A stretch of 64,000 bases of DNA from Squalus acanthias (lineage: Eukaryota), in the NCBI GenBank assembly GCA_030390025.1, contig CM059432.1, positions 132,682,001 through 132,746,000 of the forward strand, written 5' to 3'. Made by a program: the position numbers and the translations under genes. The notes beneath the pieces were generated by a model. The model had not been told where the DNA came from. It did not search any database and saw only the letters and a program-made list of their open reading frames with translations. This document shows, piece by piece, positions 22,795-36,428 of the stretch (position 1 is its first letter; every line of letters starts with the position of its first letter).

Positions 22795-24047
22795 CTATGC
22801 AAATCTGGCCAGGATAAGTGCATCCCTTGCATCTCGGGCAGCCATGTGCTCGTGTGCTGCTGCTGCTAGTCGAAAGACCAGCGCTCTCTCCTCCTCCTGT
22901 TCCTCCTCCTGCTCCTCCTCCAGGTCCTCCTCCTCCTCATTCTCCTCCTCATCTGAGGAGGCCTGGAACTGAGCCTCTTGCTCATCAGGAAGCTGCAAGC
23001 CACGACGCTGTGCCATGTTGTGCAGCAGACCACGACCATTCTGGAGACCCTTAATGGTGTATACTGCAGGGCTCCACCTGATCGGTCAAGGCATCGGAAG
23101 CGCATCTTCAACAACCCAATGGTTTGCTCTATGATGGACCTGGTCGATGTGTGGCTGGTGTTGTAGCGCTCTTCAGCCTCGTTAGCTGGCCTCCTGATCG
23201 GCGTCATTAGCCATTTCTTCAGGGGGTATCCTTTGTCACCAAGGAGCCATCCGTTAAGTTGTTTTGGTGGATTGAAAAGCGGAGGAACACTAGAGTGCCG
23301 CAGGATGAAAGAGTCATGGCAACTACCACAGAACTTTGTGCAAACATGCAAAAACTCCTTCTTGTGGTTACACACCAGCTGTACGTTGAGGGACTGGAAG
23401 CCCTTGCGGTTAACAAAGATAGCTGGGTTGTGATGGGGTGCCCTAAGGGCCACATGTGTGCAGTCTATGAGGCCCTGCAGCATTGGCATGCCTGCCATAT
23501 TTGCAAAGCCAACCGCACACACGGTTATACTTGCTTGATCCCTTGAGAACTGGATGAAATTGTGGGCCTTTGCGAAAAGGACATCGGTAACCTGCGTGAT
23601 GCAACTGTGGGCGGCTGACTGGGAGATGCCGCTGATATCTGCTGATGATCCCTGGAAGGAGCCTGAGGTAAAAAAGTTGAGTGCGGTGGTGACTTTGACA
23701 GCCACTGGTAAGGGGTGTCCACCCGTTCCTCTGGGCACCAGGTCTTGCTGCAGCAGTCCGCAGATTTCTCGGACAAGCTCTCGCGAAAGTCTCAGCCTCC
23801 TTTGGCACTGCAACTCAGTCATGTTGAGGTAGCTCATCCTCTGTCTGTAAACCCTCTGTGGGGGGTATCTCCTGCGGCGAGGTGCCTCGATGTGCTGGCA
23901 CCTTCTGCCCTGTGCAGCATCAGGTGGCTGAGCAGGAGGTTGGGGCTCCTGCTGCTGTTGCTGCTGAGCTGCCTGGTTCTGCTGCTGCCGTGGATGCTCC
24001 TCATCCGAATCTGAGGTCCATGGTGAAAGGAAATGAATGGTTCCCAT
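22795..24047 (-). pseudogene. Harbinger A DDE transposase, one frameshift near the C-terminus
   Basis: [35 protein letters not shown] intact; ~7-nt deletion near 23022 relative to element B (CCALHN) moves the acidic tail to ORF 22795-23016; likely ATG at 24047. Confidence 0.92.
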
Positions 24048-27000
24048 GCTGCTTGCAGATGGGTCCGTTGGGGAAGCGCTCATTCCAAGCGGGGAGAGGG
24101 TCTTCCAAGGAGGTCCCACAGATAGATAGAAACTGCAGCACCTCCGACTTCAGAAGGCCTGCTAAAAGTGCTGAAAGACCTTTTAAAGCAAAGTTCTGGC
24201 ACCTGCAACTAATCCCTGATGAAAGCTCCGTTTTAATGGTGGAGCTGCAGCTGTGAGGAGGCAACCAACTTGTGAACCCACGCGTGGTTTAGGAGGGGCG
24301 TGAAACATGCTAGAAATGTCGAAAAATAATGAGGGCCTCTCAAAATAAGATTAGAGAGGCCCTTAACGATCATTTAAGGTCCTTAACAGGCTCTCTGGCC
24401 AGCTGGAGGCAGGACCGTTTCCCACCCTGCAAAACCGGCACCGGCAAAATCCCACGGAGGCGGGTTGGAGGCAGGTTCTAAACCTGCTCTCATTTTTTCT
24501 GATTTTCCCTGCCTTACCCGCCTCTAAACCCGCCTCCTCTGGGCTGAGAAAATCGCCCCCAAGGTGTACAGATACAGATGCTGACTTTCAGAATCTGTCC
24601 ACGTAGGTAGTCAGTAATCAGGATATGTGCTGGTGTCCAATGTCATTTAGAACATTTGGATCGGTATTGAAGATTTCTGATCGAGACCCCTTATTATCCT
24701 TCCTCCCTATGTGAAAGAAGAATTCAGCGATTGTACTTTCCGCCTCTTCGCCCATTCACCCATCCAATTGAAGCACAAATGAGGTAATGCAAGTAGTACA
24801 AGAACGGCTCCCTTCATAGATTTTCACAAACCCTGGAGGAAAGTTTCCTCTGAGCGCTGGGTGGAGCCAAACTAAGCCCAAACTAATGAGCACTACCTGT
24901 TTTAGACAGCAGGGAATGCCAGTTCAGTAACGCCACTGTCCACACGGGCACATATCCTGATTATTGAACACCCACACAGACAGATTCTAGGAGTCAGGAT
25001 CTGCAACTGTACATCTTGCACCTGTACTCAGTTCAAGCAGAACCCCAATCATATTGCAACAAATGTAAACATAATTATAAATCATTTTTGAAATGTGTAT
25101 TTTTAGGTGACCGTCTACATATTCACAGTTTTTTCATGCTGGTATGTTTACCAGATCAGACGCATTTTTATTAAAATCTAATGTTATCCCTGTTTTTCAG
25201 AACCACTGGACCCAAATTCTTGCAGTGAGGGGGGAAGCCCAGCACCCTGCTAATAGACCTTTTCCCATGTAACTCTTTGGCCCGTCAATAGGAGGCTGGA
25301 CTACCCTATACAATACTTCCATCCCAGAGAGTTCTGCCATAGTCTCCACTCACCGAGGCTCAGGACAGACACAGATGCCGTGGTTTCGCCAGCGGAGGTG
25401 GGATCGCGGCGGGAGAGGTGGGTGGCGGGTCCTGGTCCCGCTCCAGCTCCCGGCTCCAGCCGACTCTCTCCAAGTGATTTTACGTAGATTGGGCTTGTTA
25501 AGCCCACCTTGTGCGTTTAGCGGCCAATTAAAAGGAAGTGGGACTGATGACGTCATTTGATGACATGTCATCAGCCGGTTTCCTTAAAGGGGCCATGTCC
25601 ACATTCATTTTGTCAGTTGCGCTGCCAGTGTTCTGCAGCATTGAGGTGCTGCAAACACTGACAAGCACTGCACAGAGGTGCACGGCTGCACCCAGGGTCT
25701 CCCAGCATGCAAGGAGATTCTCTTCCCTTCCAAGGGCAGAAGAGACCTCCCTAGGACACCATCTTAGCCTGGTTGCACATTGCACAGGAGGGCAAAAGCA
25801 GTGATGTCATCAGGAGGACCAGGCTGCAGTGGTGCAACCCTTTCAATGATCTGAGCAGATCACGAAACGTTACTGCCAAGACACACTCAACCTCATCCTG
25901 CTGTGCCTCTCATCACATCCACATCACTCTGCCTTCCCTACATTATTCCTGCACATCCTTACTCACACCAACTTACCTTGCACCTCCACCCATCCTTCTC
26001 TATCTATATTATCACTTCCCCATCTCACTAGCCACCCCTCACACTCACCCTCATCCTACTGCAAGCATACCAACTAACAACACACACGGGTAGGCACTTG
26101 AGTTGTTTAGCCAATGTTCATGTGAAGTTTCTGTTAATGTGTTGTCAAACATTGAAATCTATATTTTTAACACTTTACCTTATTGGAAAGATCTGTGCTC
26201 ACTTTTAGAAGTGTCTTAGTGAGTTGCAGTGAATGTTGAGACATAACGGTACCCGCCCCCCAATTGTGATGTGTGTGAAAGGAATGGCTTGGACATTATA
26301 GGGATGCTTTATGGTGCTGGTGTGGGGTGGTGTCAAACTGGCGCATCATGTGGCAACCAGGGTGTACAGCGTCAAGTGAAGCAAATCTGGCCATGGTGAT
26401 GCCATCGATGGCCTCCCAGCCAGCAATGTTGTCGGGTGCTGATGCCCTGTGTCCAGTGCAGCATCAGGTGATTGCGGAGAAGATTGGTGTTGTTGGTGTT
26501 GTTGTTGGTGATGTTGTTGGTGATGTTGGTATGCCTGGTGATGTTGGTGTTGGGGCTGATTGTGGAGGGATTCAGAGGACCAAGGTGAGATTTTTTCAAG
26601 GGCACCGATGTTGCTGGAATTGAGATGAAGTTGAGATGACAGAAGCGATCTGTCAATGGTGAGAGAGCTTGCTCCAAGGAGGTGACAGTGGATAGAGAGT
26701 TTACTCTAAACACTTCCAAACTACATAAAGCTCAAAAGTGTCTTCCAAGTCCTGAAGGCTGAAGCTTCTGACATTGGAAAGTGACCAGCTGTGAAATGGT
26801 AGCTTTCATACCACTTTTGCAGCTGTCACCTATTCACAGCAATGGGGAGGCATAGAGAACCCGACCTACTTACCTGACGTGATCTCTGAACATCGTGAAC
26901 CTTGTACAAAAAAGTGATAAAAGAGAAATAGGCTGGCAAAATAGTCGATAACAAGCGTCTAGCAAGCCATTAAGAACATAAGAACATAAGAACATAAGAA

Positions 27001-27215
27001 ATAGGAGCAGGAGTAGGCCAATCGGCCCCTCGAGCCTGCTCCGCCATTCAATAAGATCATGGCTGATCTGATCCTAACCGCCAATCTACTATCTATCACA
27101 GAACCATCTCCTGCATCTAACAGAATTGCACACACGAAATAGGAGCAGAATCAGGCTACACAGTCCCTGGGCCCGCTCCACTACCCACAGGGCCATGACC
27201 GATCCGAACCTAGAC

Positions 27216-30166
27216 TCATGTCCAAATTCCTGCCCGCTCCCCGTAACCCTTAATGCCCTTTACTTCTAGGAAACTGTCTATTTCTGTTTTAAATTTAATT
27301 AATGTTGTAGCTTCTACAGCTTTTTGTGGCAGCATATTCCATGGACCTACCACCCTCTGAGTGAAGTAGTTCCTCCTCATCTCAGTTTTGAAAGAGCAGC
27401 CCCTTATTCTAAGACTATGTCCCCTAGTTCTCGTCTCACCCGTCATCGGGAACATCCTCCCCGCATCCACCCGATCCAACCCCTTCACAATCTTATATGT
27501 TTCAATAAGATCGCCTCTCATTCTTCTGAACTCCAATGAGTAGAGTCCCAATCTACCCAACCTCTCCTCATATGACCACCCCCTCATCCCCGGGATTAAC
27601 CGAGTGAACCTTTTTTGCACTGCCTCGAGAGCAAGGATGTCTTTCCTTAAGTAAGGACACCAAAACTGTATGCAGTATTCCAGGTGCGGTCTCACCAATA
27701 CCTTGTACAACTGAAGCAATACCTCCCTATTTTTATATTCTATCCCCCTAGCAATGAAAGCCAACATTCCATTTGCCTTCTTAATCACTTGCTGCACCTG
27801 CATACTAACCTTTTGAGTTTCGTGCACCAGGACCCCCAGATCCCTTTGCACTTCAGTACTCTCCAGTTTCTTGCCATTAAGATAATAAATTGCTCTAGGA
27901 TTTTTCCTGCCAAAGTGCATCACCTCACACTTTCCAGTGTTGTATTCCATCTGCCAAATCTCTGCCCACTTACTTAGCCTGTCTATGTCCCCTTGCAGGT
28001 TTTTTATGTCCTCCTCACTCACTACTTTCCCTCCCATCTTTGTATCATCTGCAAATTTTGATATGTTACACTTGGTCCCTTCCTCCAAATCGTTAATATA
28101 GATTGTGAAGAGTTGGGGACCCAGCACTGACCCCTGTGGAACACCACTAGTTACTGATTGCCAGTCTGAGAATGAACCATTTATCCCAACTCTTTGCTTT
28201 CTGTTAGATAGCCAATCCTCTATCCATGCCAGAATATTACCCCCAATCCCGTGATTTTTTACCTTAAGCAATAATCTTTTGTGTGGCACCTTGTCAAATG
28301 CCTTTTGGAAGTCTAAATACACTACGTCCACTGGTTCCCCTTTATCCACTCTATATGTTACTTCCTCAAAGAACTCCAGCAAATTTGTCAAACATGACTT
28401 CCCCTTCGTAAAACCATGCTGACTTTGTCCTATTAAATTATGATTATCCAAATGTCCTGTTACTGTTTCCTTAATAATGGACTCCAAAATTTTACCTACC
28501 ACAGATGTTAGGCTAACCGGTCTATAGTTACCAGCCTTCTGTCTACTGCCCTTTTTAAATAAGGGTGTTACATTAGCAGTTTTCCAGTCTGCCGGGACCT
28601 TAGCGGAATCCAGGGAGTTTTGAAAAATTATTACCAATGCATCTACAATCCCTACCGCCACTTCCTTCAAGACTCTAGGATGTAAGCCATCAGGTCCAGG
28701 TGATTTATCCGCCTTGAGTCCCATTATTTTACCGAGTACCACTTCCTTAGTGATTTTGATCGTGTTTAGCTCCTCTCCCCCTATAGCCCCCTGTTTGTCC
28801 AGTGTTGGGATATTCTTAGTGTCCTCTACTGTAAAGACTGATACAAAATATTCATTCAGTGTTTTTGCCATCTCCATATTTCCCACCATTAATTTCCCGG
28901 TCTCATCCTCTAAGGGACCAACATTTACTTTAGCCACCCTTTTTCTTTTTATATAACTATAAAAACTCTTACTATCTGTTTTTATATTTTTTGCTAATTT
29001 ACTTTCATAATCTATCTTCCCTTTCTTAATCAATCTTTTTGTTATTTTTGCTGCCTTTTAAAGTTTTCCCAATCCTCTGTCCTCCCACTAGATTTCGCTA
29101 CCTTATATGCCCTTGTTTTTAGTCGAATACTATCCTTAATTTCTTTACTTAGCCACGGATGACTGTCCTTTCTTTTACACCCTTTTCTTTTCAGTGGAAT
29201 ATATTTTTTTTGGAAGTTGTAAAATAACTCCTTGAATGTACACCACTGATCATGTGTCGTCTTACCCTTTAATCTATTTTCCCAATCCACTCTACTCAAT
29301 TCCGCTCGCATACCTTCATAGTCTCCTTTATTCAAGCTTAGCACGCTTGTTTGAGATCCAACCTTCTCACCCTCTAATTGAATATGGAATTCAACCATGT
29401 TATGGTCACTCATTCCAAGGGGATCCTTTACTAGGACATTTTTAATTAATCCTGTCTCGTTACACAGGACCAGATCTAAGGTTGCTTGCCCCCTGGTCGG
29501 TTCAGTTACATACTGCTCAAGAAACCCATCCCTAATACACTCAATGAACTCATCCTCAAGGCAGCCCTGCCCCATTTGATTTGTCCAATTAATATGATAG
29601 TTAAAATCCCCCATAATTATAGATGTTCCCTTATTACATGCCTCAACTATTTCCTGATTGATACTCCGTCCAATAGAGTTGCAACTGTTCGGAGGCCTAT
29701 AGACTACGCCCACTAATGTTTTTTTCCCCTTATTATTCCTTATCTCCACCCAAACTGTTTCATTATCATGATTTTTTGACCCAATATCATTACTCTGTAT
29801 TACAGTGATTCCTTCCTTTATTAACATAGCCACCCCACCTCCCCTTCCTTCCTGCCTGTCCTTCCTGATCGTTAAATAACCTGGTATGTTTAATTCCCAG
29901 GCATTGTCACCCTGCAGCCATGTTTCTGTAATGGCCACAATATCATAACCATATGTAGTTATTTGTGCCATTAACTCGTCTATTTTGTTACGAATGCTAC
30001 GTGCATTCAGATAGAGAACTTTCAAATATGCTTTGTGGCACTTAGTTCCTGCTTTTTCACTTTTTACCAGTTTACCTTTTACTCCACACACTCTGTCCCT
30101 TCCTGCCACGCTCTGATTTGTGATTCCCCTACTGCTACCTATGTCTATGACCCTCTCTGTTGTCAT
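27216..30166 (-). pseudogene. CR1 ORF2 (APE endonuclease + RT) with a single frameshift
   Basis: YLNARSI, ITETWL, YRPP, GDFN, SDH (APE); KSPGPDG, YRPVSL, LDFQKAFD, GVPQGSVLGP, FADD (RT); one extra A in the run near 29045 gives QQKITKRLIKK and joins the two ORFs. Confidence 0.95.
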
Positions 30167-30204
30167 TTTTATTTTTTGCTCTCTTGAAACCTCCCCCCCA
30201 CTAA

Positions 30205-30474
30205 TTAGTTTAAAGCCCTCTCCACAGCCCTAGTTATTCGATTCGCCAGGACACTAGTCCCAGCACTGGCCAAGTGAAGTCCGTCCCAACGGAACAGCTC
30301 TCTCCTGCCCCAGTACTGGTGCCAGTGTCCCAAGAAGCAAAACCCATTTTTCCCACACCAGTCTTTGAGCCACGCATTCAACTCCCTGATTTTATTTACC
30401 CTAGCCAAATTTGCTCGTGGCTCAGGTAGTAATCCAGAGATTATTACCCTCGAGGTTCTGCTTTTTAATTTGGC
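30205..30474 (-). pseudogene. CR1 ORF1 C-terminus, SGNH esterase-like
   Basis: KLKSRTSRVIISGLLP..NAWL..DGLHL. Confidence 0.85.
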
Positions 30475-32969
30475 TATCTTAAATGCCTCCCCCGCCGCTT
30501 GGTGTTGGGTCTGTTCTGAAATCGCAGACCCGACACTTTGGAAACTTACATGGAGGTGGGTTCGGAGTGGGTTCACAACCCGCTGTCAATCATTTTGATT
30601 TTGACAGCGGACCCGCCTCCAAACCCGCCCTCTGAGCGCTGGCAAAATTCAGCCCAGAGTGATGTGGCGGGTGGGGGGATTGAACCTCCATTACTCAGCA
30701 CTACCATGCCAACCAGTCAGGAGATTATTTTTGAATATAGGGGACACTCTTAATAGTTAATAAGGGATTTGAAAAGTATTCTTTAGCAGGACATGTTATT
30801 CTGGAGGTGCTAAATTTATTTTAGAAAATACCCGTGGATCCAAACAGTTAAATTTGTAAATCGTGAATATTACCTGATCAGAATAAAATACTTCCTCTAT
30901 GATATTGTATCACTTGGTTTCTAATTAAACTATTATTAGCATTCTTGCATCATGGCAAATTATAAAAAGAAGCCAGAAATGATTCAATATGTTCTCCCTC
31001 CTCCAAAAATTGATCCTCCAGTGTAATTCTCCACAATAATATGGAGCATATCATTTCCTGTGATCTCTTTTTGAAGGGATTATGCATTGCGAAAGGTGTT
31101 TGTACTTTAGGGCACTGCGAGCAATAAAGGAACTCCATCTCTCGAAGGTCTGGAGTTTGAAGGTATTAGCAGTTTTTTTTCCTGGGGAAATAGTTTAAAC
31201 AGACACAGTACTGATAAAACAGTCTGAGAATCCTCCTAACTATAACCAGCTTACGGGCTTGTTTAACTGATTGAAACCAGATTTATGGAAACATTAATTA
31301 TGTAATGAGAAGAGGGAGAGAGGGAAAAAAAAGTTACATTGAATTACGATTGAACCCCTTACATGTTTAAATTAAAACTATAACCATCAATTGCTACATC
31401 AATTAATCACATTTCGGCTTTAGCATTTATTTGCGATGTCTAAATATTACATGACAAATCATTGTTTTTATAACTTTGTTCCACTATTAGAGAGAGAAAA
31501 GAACTTTCCTTCAATGAAAGTAAAACAAATAGGATGTTAATTTGCATTTAGATGTATTAAATACTTGAGACTAAGCTTGCGAATGTTCTGAATTAACTGA
31601 TTGTTTGGCATCAGGAAAATATTTTATTTCTAGGAGGGAGAGGCAAAATACAAAGCACAAAGCGCAGCACATTCCGAGCTATCTACGAGGAAGTATTGGC
31701 ACAATGTTGACATTGGGATAAGCAGACGCAGGCACGGGTCAGGAGAGCAATAAAGTGGTGTTCTAAGAACTGATAGGATCAAAATTAGATAAAAGTTGTG
31801 CAGGTTTTTTTTGACAAACTTTGACAAACTACTTACTACATTTTTTTAAACGTTAGTTTGCTTTATTGTCCTGTGGCTACTGTATTTAATTGTTTTCTAT
31901 TTCTAAAAGAGAAAGGTTAACTGCATACCACACTGAATTCTGTGGTTTTCATAAGCCATTTACTTAGTATTTTGCTATCTGAGAATATCCTCTGTAAAAT
32001 AACTCCTAAACAGGAAAAACGATAGTGGAAATGGGTCTAAAATGTAATTAATTTTCTGACTATTAATTCGAGAGGAAGAATTCTAATCAGTTGCAGATTT
32101 CTTCCTGTTCGCTTAGCGTGACCATGACCAATTACTAAGCTGAACTTTCTGCTTTAGTTTCACTTCCTGCCCCTGAATGATGAATTTAGAGGGCAGTTTT
32201 TATTGGAGAAATGTTAGAAGGACTGCTCAAGTACTGTTATGTTTTCCAAACCAGCTCCTCTCAAATATCAAGACTGGAAGAATGCACTTTGCAAAATATT
32301 TTGGCATGACTTTGGCAACCAGTGTACATTCACAAATAGGGCTTTTTTTTTATAAAGCTTTTGCAGCTGGATATTATTATTCAAATCACAATGTTTCTGA
32401 ACAGATTCTCTTTTGTACATTTTCTTCGCATTGTTTGCTTTGGCATGGATCAGTTGCTACTGTATAATTCTTGATTTTTGTTTTGTGAAAATCTGTGAGG
32501 CACATACTCTCCAGTAACATCTTAGAAACCAGTTACACTAAACATTTTGCATCAATCTGAAGTAGTTTTGACTTCCCATTAACACATGCTGTGCAATACG
32601 TCTTGGATGTGAAGTCACTCGCATCAAACTTGGGCAAGTGGTGTGCGACCACTTTTGGCTTTGCTCCAGCTGAATTATAACTATAACCAGTGTGAAGTGA
32701 AGTCCAATAAAGTTCCCAAGCAGTTCCCGGAACCACTCCAGAGCTTTTAATTGTCATTCAGCTTTCTGCTAACTTTAAAAAGGAAAGACTGTCCTGCTGG
32801 CTCTTTGTTAATAGCTAAGTTTTATTGACATTGACACAGCTTTGTTTTACCTGGTCAGGAAGCAATGAGGAGACCACTGTATAACTTGGATACTCCAGGC
32901 CCATCGCACTTTAAAGGAGTAGCAATCTCAAACTCGTACCTGTAGCGTAACAGTGCCCTTAAACATTTC

Positions 32970-34195
32970 AAAGAAGCAGGCCATTCGGCCCAACGGATCT
33001 ATGCCAGTGGTTGTGCTCCACGCAAGCCTCCTCCCACCTATTTCGTCTCACCCGATCACCACATCCTTCTATTCCTTTCTCTCTCGTGTACTTATCTAGC
33101 TTCCCCTTAAACACATCAATGCTATTCGCCTCAACCACTCCACGTGGCAGCGAGTTCCACATTCTCACCACTCTCTGAATAAAGAAGTTTCTCCTGAATT
33201 CCTTATTGGATTTATTAGAGACTATCTTATATTTATGGCCCCTAGTTTTTGACTCCTTACAAGTGGAAACATCTTCTCTACGTCTACCCTATCGAACCCC
33301 TTTATCATTTTATAGACCTCTATCAGGTCACCTCTCAGCTTTCTCTTTTCTAGAGGAAGGAGTCCCGGCCTGTTCAGTCTTTCTTGATAATTGTACCCTC
33401 TCCGTTCTGGTACCATCCGTTTTTGCACTTTCTCTAGTGCTTCTATATCCTTTTTTGTAATATGGAGACCAGAACTGTTCACAGTGCTCTAAGTGTGGTC
33501 TAACCAAGGTTCTATAGAAGTGTAACGTAACTTCTCTGCTTTTGAATTTTATTCCTCTAGACATGAACTTCAGTGCTTTGTTTGTATTTTTTCTGCATTG
33601 TCAGCCTGTGTTGCTACTTTTAATGATTTGTGAATCTGTACCACTAGATTTATTTGCATCTCTACCCCATTGAGACTCTTATTTTCCAAGGAGTAGGTGG
33701 CCTCCTTATTCCTGCACCACCTCACACTTATGTATCTTAAAATTCATTTGCCATTTACCTGCCCATTCTGCAAGTTCATTAACGTCTTGTATTTTGTCGC
33801 AGTCTTCCTCAGTATTAACTATATCCCCCAATTTGGTGTCGTCTGCAAATTTTGATATAGTACTTCTGATTCCTGAGTCCAAATCATTTGTGTAAATGGT
33901 GAACAACAGTGGTCCCAGCACCGATTCCTGTGGAACACCACTTTCCACCTTCCGCCAGTCTGAGTAACAACCCTTAATCCCTACTCTCTGTTTTCTGTTT
34001 TGTAGCCATTTTGCTGTCCATTCTGCTACTTGTCCCCTGACTCCACATGCTCTGACCTTAGTCATGAGTCTACCATGTGGTACCTTATTGAAGGCCTTTT
34101 GAAAGTTCATGTATATTACATCCACTGTATTCCCCTTTCTGTTACTTCTTCAAAGAATTCAATAAGTTTGGTCAAGCATGACCTTCCCTTCAGAC
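32970..34195 (-). mobile_element. Decayed CR1 3' fragment
   Basis: GVPQESVLGP, SKFADDTK, LVRPHLE, LRGDLIEVYK in several frames. Confidence 0.9.
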
Positions 34196-34539
34196 CTTAT
34201 TATGTAACATGTGAAACATGAGAAATAGGGGATGAACAGCTTTGGAGTAGGTGATGAGAATGGAAAGATACAGTTGTGTGACATTGGCATATTTTTGAAG
34301 GTTGGCCCTGTACTTGTGGATGATGTCACTGAAGAAGAGCGCATAAATGATATATAAGAGGGGACCAAGAATGGATGCCTGCCCTACACCAGAGGTGACT
34401 GATGAGCATGGGTGCAGAGGTAATGGCTCTGTTGGAACAAGGAAGAATTGAACCAGGAGAGTGCAGTGTTATGGAATTAGATGGACCACAGAAGAGAGGA
34501 GATGGAGTAGCCAACAATATTGAAGGTTGAGATCCTGTT

Positions 34540-35740
34540 CCCTCCCCTCTCTAGCTTTGATTCAGAGTCACTATAACTTTGTATCCCTTCCCCATCTTTA
34601 ACAGGCTCAATTACTCCATGAGACCAATCTCTTGTTCCTTTACCACCTTCCTGATCATCAACTACCTTTCCTTGTCACATGCTCGCAGATGCCATTAATG
34701 GCTTTCTTTGCACAGACAATGTTCCACTCCCCTTCAAAACTGGCTTGATCATTTCCTTTACTGAAAAATCCACCCTCGATCACTCTGTCCTCTCCAACTA
34801 TCTCTCCTTATCCTCCTTGCTGCCTTTGCAATGTTTGACATGGTCGACCAATCCATCCTCCCCCATCACCGCTCCATTGTAGTCCACCTCCATGGGGCCA
34901 TCCTCGCTTGGCTCCACTCTGACCACTAGCACATCTCTACCAATGATGGCTTTTCCCCCTCCCTGCACAGTCACCTGGGGAGCACTGCGAGGCTCCATTC
35001 TTGACCCTCTCTTTTTTTTGTTTCCTTGTTCCCCCTCACCAGCATCATCTATAGGCAAAGGATTAGCTTCCACAGGTATATTGACGACACCCAGCTCTAC
35101 TTTTATGCCACCACCCTTGACTCTACGAGCACCACTGTGCTGCTAGATTACTTGCCTGACATCAAGTCATGGAGGAGCCAGAAGTTTTTCCAGTTTAATG
35201 TTGGCAAGACTCAAGCCATTCTGTTTAGTTCCTACGTAAAATGGCACATTACTATCCCTGACTCTATTTTCCTCACTGGCTGCTTGCTTAAACAAAACAA
35301 CAGTGTAAAACCTCAGTCCTATTCAACACTGAAGCGAGCTTCAAACCCCATATCCTGTCTATCACCAAAAGTATTTTTTTCCATCTCCAACATCACCCAA
35401 CTCTGCCCCTACCTTGCCCCCTCTTATCCATAATTTTGTTACTTCCAGGCTTTACTTCTTCAGTATTTTCCATGCCGGCTTTCTGAGCTCCACATTACGT
35501 AAACTCCAACTCATTTTCAATCTCACTTACCCACCTCTCCATTGACTCTCTCTCCCTCAACAGACTGAATTCAAAATCCTCATCCTTGTTCACAAATCCC
35601 TTCATCGCCTTGCTCGTGTCTACCTTTGCAGCATCCTCTGGCCCTCGCTCTGGTATTCTTATTCTGGGCTTGTGTACATTTGGCTCCACTCCCATCTCCA
35701 CCCCACCATTTTTTTCTTTGCATTCTTTGCACGAGTTCAG
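34540..35740 (+). mobile_element. Highly decayed L2 RT fragment
   Basis: GALRGSILDPLFF, SFHRYIDDTQLY, FNVGKTQAILF remnants. Confidence 0.7.
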
Positions 35741-35995
35741 TTGTTTGTGATGCATTCCAAAATAATTTTTTTAATGAGTGACTACTTTGGTGCAATAGAT
35801 CAACCCATTTGCCTCAAGATACCTGACCCCATGCACTCTCATCTCAGTATGAGTTGGCCTGGAGATTGTTAAAAATGCTCTTGTGGCCCGGAGTTTCCTC
35901 CTGATTTGCGACCAGATACACGCATAATCTGGGCGCAAACAAGTTACACGGCTTAAAAGATTGTGGAAAATTTGCTGAGAGTTACGATCATAAAA

Positions 35996-36428
35996 AAAAA
36001 GAAAGAACTTGCATTTATATAGCGCCATTCATGATCTCGGGGCATCCCAAAGCACTTTACAGCCAATGAAGTACCTTTGAAGCGTAGTCACTGTTGTAAT
36101 GTAGGAAATGCGGCAACCAATTTGCGCACAGCAAGGTCCCACAAACAGCAGTGTGATAATGACCAGATAATCTGTTTTAGTGATGTTAGTTGAGGGATAA
36201 ATATTGGCCAGGACACTGGGGATAACTCCCCTGCTCTTCTTCGAAATAGTGCCATGGGATCTTTGACGTCCACCTGAGAGAGCAGACGGGGCCTCGAGTT
36301 TAATGTTTCATCCAAAAGACAGCATCGCCTTAATGGCCAGCCTAATTTTTGAGCTCAAGTCTCTAGAGTGGGGCTTGGACCCATCTCCTTCTGACCTAGA
36401 GGCGAGGGTGTTACCACTGAGCCACAAC
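35996..36428 (-). mobile_element. Deu-domain SINE
   Basis: Reverse-complement match to 14087-14520 with an internal deletion. Confidence 0.85.

Larger units (their letters stand above)
16675..24560. mobile_element. PIF/Harbinger DNA transposon A (outer element of the nest)
   Basis: TIRs gggggcaattttc / gaaaatcgccccc, flanks aaa / aag; convergent Myb (+) and transposase (-) genes. Confidence 0.9.
26972..30474 (-). mobile_element. Young CR1 LINE, 5'-truncated in ORF1
   Basis: (taagaaca)n tail at 26972-27000, complete ORF2, 3' end of esterase ORF1. Confidence 0.95.
25376..30655. mobile_element. Internally deleted Harbinger C hosting a CR1 insertion
   Basis: Imperfect TIRs sharing ttt.gccagcg, AGA on both flanks; Myb remnant WLHIAQEGKSSDVIRRTRLQWCNPFNDLSRS (~25770-25862); transposase start (SPWSSES) fused to its end (ARFA) at ~26380-26590. 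Confidence 0.7.

Noticed and set aside
22866..24119. Domesticated HARBI1 host gene
   Set aside because: It lies within TIRs opposite a Myb remnant, is frameshifted and has paralogous decayed copies in the window
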